From assembly GCA_016840095.1 (NCBI GenBank), contig JAEOSZ010000040.1, positions 32,001 through 96,000 of the forward strand: 64,000 nt of DNA. The letters run 5' to 3'. Shown here in pieces: positions 54,094 to 63,500 of the stretch (the stretch's first letter is position 1; each line of letters begins with the position of its first letter). Under the pieces are notes generated by a model that made no database searches, was not told the DNA's origin, and saw only the letters and a list, made by a program, of their open reading frames with translations. Source of the DNA: Candidatus Heimdallarchaeota archaeon (lineage in GTDB: Archaea; Asgardarchaeota; Heimdallarchaeia; Heimdallarchaeales; Heimdallarchaeaceae). The position numbers and the translations under genes were made by a program.

Positions 54094-55050
54094 TCACCCT
54101 TCTTCTGCACCTAAAACTAGTGCTATTAGAGCCATTCTCATTACAACGCCGTAAAATCCTTCTTGCCAATAACGAGCCCAACGTGTTTGATCCACATCAG
54201 GTGGTATATCATCCATACGTGGTAGAGAGTGAAGTAATATAGCATCAGATTTTGCTTTGGTTTCAAGTAGTTCTTTAGTGATTTGGAATTCTGGTGGAGT
54301 TAAAGCAACATCACCATCTCTTTCATCACGAGATTTGGTGTAATCAGGTTGGACAACAGGTTCAACTAGAATGACATCAGCATCTGCAATAACCTCTCGA
54401 ACATCATCAGCTTCAGTGAAGTTCAAACCATTACGTCTGAAATCTTCCTTATATTCTTCTGGCATTGCCATATCTTTTGGTGCGACAAAAGTGATTGGAC
54501 AATCAAACTGAGTAAGTGCATGACCTAGAGAATGCATTGTTCTCATTCTCATATCTCCGACAGCTACCCATTTTAATCCGTCAATCTTTCCTTTTTCTTT
54601 AAGAACTGTATAGAGATCAGTGAGGATCTGAGTAGGATGTTCTCCCCAGCCGTCGCCTCCATTAATTATTGGAATACTTACCCATTTAGATGCTTCTTGT
54701 GGTGCACCTTTTTGGAAGTGTCGCATAACAATAACATCTCCATAATTCTCAAGCATTTTGAAAGTATCCTTGATTGTTTCTTGGTAAAAATCACCTGCAC
54801 GTGTCATTTTAGCATCGGAGAATCCAGTTACTTTACCACCTAATCTTAGCATAGCTGATTCATGAGCTAAACGAGTTCTTGTTGATGGTTGATAAAATGC
54901 AGTAACCATTATCTTATCTTTCAACAAATCAACATTTTTTCTATTGCGAGCTATAGGTTCTAATTTTCTAGCAACCTCAAATATACGCTCATATTCATGA
55001 CGTTCAAAGTCTCTTAAAGAGATAATATCTCGTCCTTTAAAACTTCTCAT
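54094..55050 (-). CDS. Divergent aspartate-carbamoyltransferase-like enzyme, substrate uncertain
   Basis: PSTRT, MRH, INGGDGWGEHPTQ, HSLPR are present. The aspartate-specific motifs (SxxKGES, RxQxER) are replaced. Confidence 0.8.
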   Translation of the reverse strand: MRSFKGRDIISLRDFERHEYERIFEVARKLEPIARNRKNVDLLKDKIMVTAFYQPSTRTRLAHESAMLRLGGKVTGFSDAKMTRAGDFYQETIKDTFKMLENYGDVIVMRHFQKGAPQEASKWVSIPIINGGDGWGEHPTQILTDLYTVLKEKGKIDGLKWVAVGDMRMRTMHSLGHALTQFDCPITFVAPKDMAMPEEYKEDFRRNGLNFTEADDVREVIADADVILVEPVVQPDYTKSRDERDGDVALTPPEFQITKELLETKAKSDAILLHSLPRMDDIPPDVDQTRWARYWQEGFYGVVMRMALIALVLGAEEG

Positions 55051-55227
55051 AATTAATTCACCTTAATATTCCAGACTAGTTTCATCTAACATAGTCTTGT
55101 TGCTCTGCCAATACTAGTTTTTGTTTATAAACCTTCTTTTTAGCAACTGAAGATGAGTTTTTGAAGTCTCTCTGTGAGTTTTCAAGAAGAGATAACTTTT
55201 ATTTATGGAGTAGAATATGGTCAAGTA

Positions 55228-56556
55228 ATGAAAGACAATTTCAAGTATGATTTAGGTTTGGTAAACGGCAAAGTGTACATAAATGGTAGTTTCGTTGCTG
55301 TGGATATCTATATCAAGGATCAAGTCATTTCAGAAATTGTCCCTCAAGGAACAGAACTTCCTTGTGAGAATATAGTCAGTTGTATAAGCAAATTAATTAT
55401 GCCTGGATTTATTGATCCACACGTTCATATCAATCTTGACTTGGGAGAATTTAGATCAGCTGATGATTATGAAAGTGCTTCCAAAGCTGCAGCATTTGGT
55501 GGAATAACCACTTTTATAGATTTTTTAGACCCTATAATAAATGTTGATGAGTTTGAAAATAGATTTGCTCAAAAAATGAAGGAAGCTAAAGATTCCTATA
55601 TCGATTACTCTTTTCACACAACAGTTGGTAATTTTGACGATGATGTAGATAAATTAGTAGCTATTTCTAGAGCCAATGGTATTCCATCAATTAAGATGTT
55701 TACAACTTATTCAGAGAGTAACCGAAAAATATCAAAAGAAAAACTTCAGGAATTCATGAAAAACTCAAGTAAAACAAGTACATTGATTCTTGTACATGCT
55801 GAAAACGATTACATGATATTGAATGCAGAAGTTGATGATACTTTAGAGCAATATGAAAGATCCAGACCAGCAGAGGCAGAAATACTTGAAATTGAGAAAT
55901 TAGTAAGAATTGTGAAGGATATACCAGGAAAGCTCTATATCGTTCATGTAACATGCGGTTCTTCAATAAACCTCATCAAAGAAGAGTGCAAAGAACTAAT
56001 CGGAAAGAACATATTCATAGAAAGTTGTCCTCAATATTTCCATTTAACTAAGGATTTATTTGAACAAGATAATGGTAATCTATTTCTCCTTGCACCACCT
56101 TTGCGATCAGCTGATGAACAACAAAAACTCAAAGAAAACATTTCCTCAATCCAAACAATAGGAACTGATCACTGTCCTTTTACTAAAGAAGAAAAAATGA
56201 GGTACAAAGTTGCAAGTAAAATACCTAAAGGACTAGGAAGTTTGGAGTACAGTTTTTCTCTTATGTATCACCTGTTTGGAGAAGAAATTATCGATAAGTT
56301 TACAATAAATCCCGCAAAGATTCATAACCTCTATCCAAAGAAAGGTGTAATTCAAAAGGATTCAGATGCTGATTTTGTTATTTTTAGTCCAGATAAAACA
56401 CTGATGATTGATTCAGGCCATTCCAGAACAGATTATAGTCCCTATGAAGATATGCTAATTAATGGTTTAATTGAATCCACAGTTCGAAGAGGAGAATTTA
56501 TAGTAAAAAACAGGAAACTAGTAGCAAAAACCAATGGACAATTTATCGAACGTTGA
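55228..56556 (+). CDS. Cyclic amidohydrolase (dihydropyrimidinase/hydantoinase/allantoinase-like)
   Basis: PGFIDPHVH, AAAFGGITT, SIKMF, VHAEN, YIVHV, ESCPQY, PPLR, GTDHCPF, NPAKI. ATG 55228 preferred over GTG 55174. Confidence 0.85.
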   Translation: MKDNFKYDLGLVNGKVYINGSFVAVDIYIKDQVISEIVPQGTELPCENIVSCISKLIMPGFIDPHVHINLDLGEFRSADDYESASKAAAFGGITTFIDFLDPIINVDEFENRFAQKMKEAKDSYIDYSFHTTVGNFDDDVDKLVAISRANGIPSIKMFTTYSESNRKISKEKLQEFMKNSSKTSTLILVHAENDYMILNAEVDDTLEQYERSRPAEAEILEIEKLVRIVKDIPGKLYIVHVTCGSSINLIKEECKELIGKNIFIESCPQYFHLTKDLFEQDNGNLFLLAPPLRSADEQQKLKENISSIQTIGTDHCPFTKEEKMRYKVASKIPKGLGSLEYSFSLMYHLFGEEIIDKFTINPAKIHNLYPKKGVIQKDSDADFVIFSPDKTLMIDSGHSRTDYSPYEDMLINGLIESTVRRGEFIVKNRKLVAKTNGQFIER

Positions 56557-56665
56557 AGATATGTTATTTGGGTTTTATTGCAATTCTAAATTCTGAACTG
56601 AACTCTTTTGCTGTTTATGTATTGTGTTAATAGTTTCGGTTGATATTAGGAGATAAGAAGAAAAA

Positions 56666-57544
56666 CTAATCTCTTACCAGTTCTAAGAAGTCTATTACAG
56701 TAGGCATAACGGCTGTAACATCGGAATAGAATAAACCATGTCCAACTTCTTCAATTTTCTTGTGTACTACAATTTCAATTTTTTCTTTTGCCATTTTAAC
56801 ACATTTATCAGTCATCATTCCACCAAGTTTAGAATCTGCTTGAAGTAATAAAGTTGGGCATTTAATCTTTTGGAGAAACTCAGTACTATCGTATATCTTC
56901 CATTGTATTCTAAAAGCTTCAATATTACTAGCTCCTGCTTGTGTTTTATGATCTAGTTTAGTAAGGTTTTGAGCTAAGAATAATAACCATGGAATGCTCC
57001 CTGGTGCATCACCCCAAGCAATTGTTTGATCACTATTTGGGATAGGTATTTGATGTTTGAGTAATTTGCTGAGAAGTGAATCACTTGATTTATCTTCCTT
57101 CGCCCATTCTGACCAAACCTTGAAGGTACCTGAATTAATTGCAGCTTGTACTTGTTGTTCCATAGATGCAAAATCAATAGTTATATCTCCAATGATGATT
57201 CCCTTTACTAAATTAGGCATATCAGCTGCTAATAAGAATGCAACAGCAGCACCCATTGAATGACCAAAAATAACTAAGTCTTCTTTAACAATATTTTCAA
57301 CAAATGATTTTGTATCTTCTAAATACATATTGAGTGAATAAGTATCTGTGCGTCCAGAACTCCCATGTCCTCTGAAATCTATTGCATAGACGTGCCATCT
57401 CTGCGTTAGAAAAGGCATAATTGATAGATAACTTTGCCATCTCCAAGAGTTTCCATGAAGAAGCAGAAGAGGTGGACCAGATTTGGGACCTTCTGCATAA
57501 TTGAGTTCTACATCTCCTGTGTGATACTTCTTTTCAACTAACAT
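56666..57544 (-). CDS. Alpha/beta hydrolase
   Basis: LLLHG, DFRGHGSS, GHSMG, GHG. Confidence 0.88.
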   Translation of the reverse strand: MLVEKKYHTGDVELNYAEGPKSGPPLLLLHGNSWRWQSYLSIMPFLTQRWHVYAIDFRGHGSSGRTDTYSLNMYLEDTKSFVENIVKEDLVIFGHSMGAAVAFLLAADMPNLVKGIIIGDITIDFASMEQQVQAAINSGTFKVWSEWAKEDKSSDSLLSKLLKHQIPIPNSDQTIAWGDAPGSIPWLLFLAQNLTKLDHKTQAGASNIEAFRIQWKIYDSTEFLQKIKCPTLLLQADSKLGGMMTDKCVKMAKEKIEIVVHKKIEEVGHGLFYSDVTAVMPTVIDFLELVRD

Positions 57545-57696
57545 AATATTACACTAACTTAGTACAAAATATAAACTTTTACTATACTCAAATAATTACC
57601 TTTTACTTCATTTTAATGATCAGGGACATGAAATTGAGTTAGGGGATTATCACAGTTCTAAAATCTGCTATAAATTTTTTCTGCTGATTATGAATA

Positions 57697-59349
57697 TCAT
57701 CTCTTTCTTTTCTTATAGTGTTTGTTAAGAATAGTTACTACTAATAGTGTAGGAAATAGTAAGAAGAAGCTTAAACTGATATTATTCAATCCTTCGTTCA
57801 GAGGATAAGGATCTGTTGAATTAGATCTACCTTCAATCAAGTATGGTTTTCTCTTATTCCAATTTGACCAATGATTCCCTTGTTTAGTGTTAGGATCCCA
57901 CCAGGTGTTATTGTTTCCATCATCCTTGGCTTGAGAAACTCCATCTAGGTTGTTGTCCTTGAAATAATTATGATGAATCAGATTATTATCACAAAAGGAA
58001 GTCAATTGAATACCGTGTTTCTCATTTTCTCGTAGCATAGTGTAGGTAAAAATACAATCATCAGAACCTTCGACATATATTCCAATAGTGTTATTATTGC
58101 ACTTGTTACCAATTAGAATGTTATTATCAGAACCAAGTAGATGAATCCCATAATACTTAATGTTATCACATCTATTATCTGACAGATAGTTTTCGGTTGA
58201 TTCTATCAACCAAATCCCATAGTGTGTAGTGTTGCTAAAAACATTTTCAGAAATGAAAATATTGCTAGAATAATATACTCTAACTCCAGCTTCATTGTTT
58301 TCACAAATATTGTCATGTAATGTAACTTCTTTACATCTTACAATGAAGAAAGCTCTGTCAGTATTTGCTATTATTTGGTTACTTATAGAAACTTCTGTAC
58401 AGTTAACTAAAGTAAACTGTCCATAAATTGGTTCAAGAAAGGAATGTTTGTTCAAATTAACAAAAAATCCAAACAGTTTATCATTTACCAAATTATCTTC
58501 TACTGTATAGGTTAAATATTCTGTAGTATTCCAGTCTTCTATAGCTAACCCATCATTGGTGAAGTTATTGCCTTTTATGATTGAACCTGTACACATATCC
58601 ATTCTATTCATGAATTCATTATCTCTTACAGTATTATTGATTAGTGAAGCAGTTACAGACATGAAAAGATAGAGTCCCCAACGATTATTGTTGGATATAG
58701 TATTGTTTTCCAGTGATAAAAGAGAACAATCCCTTGTATTAACTCCAATATAATTATTTGAATCAAATGTGTTATTTCTTAATGATACCTTGGAAGAATA
58801 TTCAATATTGATTCCATCATAAAAATTGTTGGAACATGTATTGTTAACAATAGACACAAATGGAGAAGAATGTATATGGATACCATCTCTGCTATTAATA
58901 CATGTATTGTCTTGAATTACAGCTGCAGGTGCATCAAATATTCTAATTCCAAGGAAGTAATTACCAATACAGGTATTATTGATTATCTTAGTATTTGCAA
59001 TTCCTACTTCTTCAATATTTATTGCAGTTTGATCAGCATTAATATAGCAGTTCCTAATAACAAAAAACATATCAGTAAACTCAATATCGATTCCATATTC
59101 TTGGCTAGTTGATATATAATAGTTCTCTATAATGAATGGATTATTTGAGCTTCCATTTCCAGGAAAACCATAATCAGTGAATGTGCTGTCATTATGTATA
59201 ATAATTGATTCGAAGGGTGTGTAAGATGAAAAATCTTCTTGCATTTTTGTATTAGCATGATTGTATTGAATGTCATTTTGAGAAGAGAAAAGTGCTATCA
59301 ATAGAATTAAGAAAAAAACAAAGAAGTTAGGTTTAGTGCTCTTCCTCAT
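57697..59349 (-). CDS. Secreted right-handed beta-helix (NosD/CASH-like) surface protein
   Basis: Signal peptide, GFPGNGSSNNPFIIEN, PbH1-like repeats, GNHWS, DPYPL, C-terminal TM + KKRKR. Paralogue of 16295..18535. Confidence 0.85.
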   Translation of the reverse strand: MRKSTKPNFFVFFLILLIALFSSQNDIQYNHANTKMQEDFSSYTPFESIIIHNDSTFTDYGFPGNGSSNNPFIIENYYISTSQEYGIDIEFTDMFFVIRNCYINADQTAINIEEVGIANTKIINNTCIGNYFLGIRIFDAPAAVIQDNTCINSRDGIHIHSSPFVSIVNNTCSNNFYDGINIEYSSKVSLRNNTFDSNNYIGVNTRDCSLLSLENNTISNNNRWGLYLFMSVTASLINNTVRDNEFMNRMDMCTGSIIKGNNFTNDGLAIEDWNTTEYLTYTVEDNLVNDKLFGFFVNLNKHSFLEPIYGQFTLVNCTEVSISNQIIANTDRAFFIVRCKEVTLHDNICENNEAGVRVYYSSNIFISENVFSNTTHYGIWLIESTENYLSDNRCDNIKYYGIHLLGSDNNILIGNKCNNNTIGIYVEGSDDCIFTYTMLRENEKHGIQLTSFCDNNLIHHNYFKDNNLDGVSQAKDDGNNNTWWDPNTKQGNHWSNWNKRKPYLIEGRSNSTDPYPLNEGLNNISLSFFLLFPTLLVVTILNKHYKKRKR

Positions 59350-59408
59350 AATGTTCAGCCAGTGTAAAAACTATCACTTAAACAATTATAAGATTTTGGT
59401 GCTGAGGT

Positions 59409-60455
59409 TTACGGAACAATAACTGTTCTAAAATCAGCTTTGAATTCTTTTAACTGACTATGAATCTCATTTATGTTTTTAGCTTTTAATGGAACAGTTT
59501 TTGTTACTACTTTATTTAAGTCCAATTTTCCTTGATCTGCAAGATCTAAGATTACAGGAATTTCAGATAGTAAATGGTCAGATACTCCAATTATCTCTTT
59601 TTCTCTACCAATTACTTGATATGAATCAATACCAAACTTATCAATAGTTATTCCAGCTATTCCTAGTCTTCCAAATCTAGCTAGTGATCTTACTCCTTGA
59701 TTCATTGTAATTGGCAGTCCAATAAGCTCAAGTGCAACATCTACTCCATCATTGGAAGTAAGTTCCATTATTTTTGCAGCAGGTTCATCATCTTTTGCAT
59801 TAATTGGAATTGCACCCATTTCCATCGCAGTTTCAAGTTTCTTAGAATCAATATCTACAGCATAAATGTCTCTAGCTCCAAGAGCTTTTGCCAATTGTAG
59901 AGCAGAAATACCTAAACCTCCTAGTCCAAAGATAGCAATATTCTCTCCTTCTTTGAAACGAGTCTTTCTAAGTGCATGAAGAGATGTTGAAGATGAACAC
60001 ATCATTACGGCTGCATGTTCATATGAAATTGATTGTGGAAGTTGAAATAATCCTCTAGGAGGTACCTTAATGTATTCAGCATATCCCCCATCAATGTTCT
60101 TGCCAATCATTTTTCCTTCTACACAAAATTGTTCAGTTCCTTGAATACAATATCTACATTTTCCACAAGTAACCATATAGTTAAGACATACTCTATCTCC
60201 TACTTTGAAATCAGAAACATTGTTTCCTATTTCTTCTATCTCACCTGCTACTTCATGTCCTAAAGTTATTGGAAGATAATCAACTGAAGAGATTCCATCT
60301 CTGTAATGAACATCAGAATGACAGATTCCAGCAGCTTTAATTTTGACTATAACTTCTCCCGATTTAGGTTCAGGTTTAGGTACTTCCATGTTTTCTAAAT
60401 TTTCTCCTATCTTGACCAATTGAACTGCTCTCATAAATCCTAAATTTCTACTCAT
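59409..60455 (-). CDS. Zinc-dependent alcohol dehydrogenase (MDR family)
   Basis: GICHSD, GHEVAG, CGKCRYC..C structural Zn site, GLGGLG. Confidence 0.92.
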   Translation of the reverse strand: MSRNLGFMRAVQLVKIGENLENMEVPKPEPKSGEVIVKIKAAGICHSDVHYRDGISSVDYLPITLGHEVAGEIEEIGNNVSDFKVGDRVCLNYMVTCGKCRYCIQGTEQFCVEGKMIGKNIDGGYAEYIKVPPRGLFQLPQSISYEHAAVMMCSSSTSLHALRKTRFKEGENIAIFGLGGLGISALQLAKALGARDIYAVDIDSKKLETAMEMGAIPINAKDDEPAAKIMELTSNDGVDVALELIGLPITMNQGVRSLARFGRLGIAGITIDKFGIDSYQVIGREKEIIGVSDHLLSEIPVILDLADQGKLDLNKVVTKTVPLKAKNINEIHSQLKEFKADFRTVIVP

Positions 60456-60561
60456 CTTAAAACTCTTTTCGAGATTAGGGAAAAAGTGGCTTGTTAAGGG
60501 CTACAAAACTGTTTTATACCTATTTTTACACTAGAACAATATAAATCTGGGTGTAGTAGAA

Positions 60562-63500
60562 TTGAAAAGAATAAAATTTTATGTAAAATTGTGTGTACCA
60601 TTTTTAGTTTTTTTGATCACAATACCAACATCTGTTAACGCACTTTATAATGATTTTAGACTAATGAATCTTAATGCACTTCCAGATTCAGATGACTGGA
60701 TACAAACAAATGGTCCATATGGAGGAATAATCCATACTATAGAAGTAGATCCGGTACAACCAAATGTTCTCTTTGCTGGTGGTGCAGGAGGTATTTTCAA
60801 ATCTATTGATTCAGGTGTTTCTTGGAGTAATCAACCAAGATTTCTTGAAGGGAATAAGAGAGTTGAAAAAATAATAATCTCTCCAGACAATTCCAACATC
60901 TTGTTTGCAATTGCTGAAAGTCCAATTGCTGGTATGAGTGGAGAGGTTTTTAGAAGTTTGGATGGAGGTCTTAATTGGACAAAGATTGATCAAAGCAAGT
61001 CCTTCAAATCTTTAGCTCTACATGATAACAATCCTACAGATATTATCAGCTGTACACAGGCAAGAGAGGTTTTGTTTTCTGATAGCAGAGGGAGTAGTTG
61101 GGGAGATATTACTGGAGATTTACCAATTTCAGAATTTGGGTTCACAGACGTAGCTATTAGTTACGAAAATACCTATTGGGTTGGAACTAAGAATGAAACA
61201 TATGGAAATGGTAATTTGTATTTAACAACAGATGGAGGGATTTCTTGGAATAGTATAGATATAGGTCAACCACCCGATACTTCTGTTAGGAGTATTCTTG
61301 TTCATCCAGAAGACAATGAAACTATCTATGTCTCTCTTGAGAAAGCTTATGATAAGATTCAAAATCCAGCGGAATCATATCTGTTCAAAACTGAAAATGG
61401 AGGTCAAAGTTGGGCAAAATTATTCCCTCCTTACAATGGAAGAATTCTTGGAATTGATCCAGGTTCCAGTTATGATACAATCTATCTTGGCTATGGAAAT
61501 TTAGTATACAAAACAAAGAATGATGGAATAAATTGGACAAGGATAGATCCAATGTTAACACCTGGTATTAATACAGGTGACATTAGAGATATTGCAATAG
61601 ATCCAACTGATGGAAACATAATTTATCTGCCTATTTCGAGTCATGGATATTTCAAAAGCACAAATGAAGGAAGCTCATGGACACGCATAACTCAAGGATT
61701 ACTTAATACAGGAATTGTACTTATGGCTGTTCCCAATGTTGCAGGGAGTGATACTGTGTATGTAACAGGCTGGGATGGTGAAGGTACATTTAGAACTGAT
61801 GATGGAGGAGAAACATGGATTCGTCTAGATGGAGGTGGGATTGATCACTCGTTCCCAGATGAAATAAAAGTTAACCCCCTAGATCCTTCAGTAGTTTGGG
61901 AGATAAGTGATTTGGGAGGGTTATTCTTATCAACAAATTATGGCACAAATTGGACGCAACAATTTAATGCTCATAAATATGATGGCTTTCGATTCGGATC
62001 AGTTCAAGCTCTATCCCCTGCTCCATCAAATTCGAGTATTATCTATGCAGTTAAAAGTGGCTATGGAATTTTCAAAAGTACAGATGCTGGTAAAGACTGG
62101 GATTTCTTAAGACATTCAGAAGTAGACTATTCATACACTTTAGCTGTACATCCCACAGATCCTAACACGGTTTATAGTGGATATAATTCTAAACCATTTC
62201 AAGATTGGGCAATGATTAGAAAAACAGTCAATGGAGGTGATTCTTGGACTACTGTGCTAAATGTTACATCATCTAAGGGTATCACTTCGATTGTAATTGA
62301 TGATGATAATCCAGATATTATATATGCAGCAAGTATTAGTGAACTAGGTGGAGAAATTTACAAAAGCATTAATGCTGGTTCAAGTTGGATAAAACTAAAT
62401 GATAATTTCACTATGTTTACAGTTATGGGACAACCTCAGCTAGTTGTTGACCCCAGTAATCCTTTTATTGCATATACTGGGTCCTGGCTAGCAGGAACTT
62501 GGAAAACATATGATGGGGGAGAAAATTGGGAGTTACTTCATGATGCACCTATGTCTGCAACAGCTCTAAGCTTGGATTCTCAAGACAGTAGTATTATTTA
62601 TCTTGCAGACCGTTCTACTCCAACATTATGGAGATCTACAGATGGTGGAACTGTATGGAATGAAATAGCTGATTTCTCAAGTGAAGGGGCTTTCTTAGTG
62701 AATACAGTTATCGCTAATGATTCAACAATCTATTGTTCAACCTTTGGTCCTAGTGAACTAACGGGGAAACTATTCAAATCAACAAACAATGGAGTAAGTT
62801 GGACTGATATAACAGGTATATTACCTAGAAGTGTTTTAGATATTGCAGTTGATCCTAACAACCAAGATAATGTTTATGTTACAACTCATCTTTTCGGAGC
62901 ATATAGATCGTTTAACGGGGGAACTGATTGGGAACTGATTCATGATTTTCCAGATATAGGCACATTTGATATTGAAATTGATCCGGTTGATCCATCTATT
63001 TTGTACTCTTGTGGGTTAGGTAATTTGACAATACCTACTTGGGTAACACCAGGAGGACACGATATAACAGGAGATCCAGGGGTGTATAAATCTACAAATT
63101 CTGGTCAAAATTGGACTCAAGTTTTATCAACAGAACATAAAGTGCGAGGAATTAGAATACATCCAGCTAATCATGATGTTCTCTATGCAGCTGTCCATGA
63201 TGAAGGATTATATATGAGTAATAATGGAGGATCAAGTTGGAGTCCATATAACACGAATCTTGACAGTACAGTTCTAACTTCTCTAGCAGTTCATGAAGAG
63301 ATAATATATGTTGGAACCCAAGGATATGGTGTATATTCTGGAGATATCATCTTAGCAGATTATTCAGTTACATGGCAAGCAGTTAGAAGTAACAAACCTA
63401 TTCCACCAGTGTATAGTATAGATCTACTAATTGATCCTGAAGATTCCAATAGAATCTATGTAAGCTCAAATCCTGGAGGGCTATATCGCACTGATGATGG

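Noticed and set aside
54094-56556. pyrB + pyrC pyrimidine biosynthesis pair
   Set aside because: The PyrB-like protein lacks aspartate-binding motifs, there is no pyrI or other pyr gene, and the context (ArcC, YgeW-like, XDH) points to catabolism. Not fully excluded.
1130-62110. The many 60-120 aa ORFs in the track that lie antisense to or inside longer genes (e.g. 1130..1315, 5213..5509, 37986..39491, 45253..45468, 60811..62110)
   Set aside because: They are shadow ORFs fully overlapping well-supported genes and show no motifs of their own.
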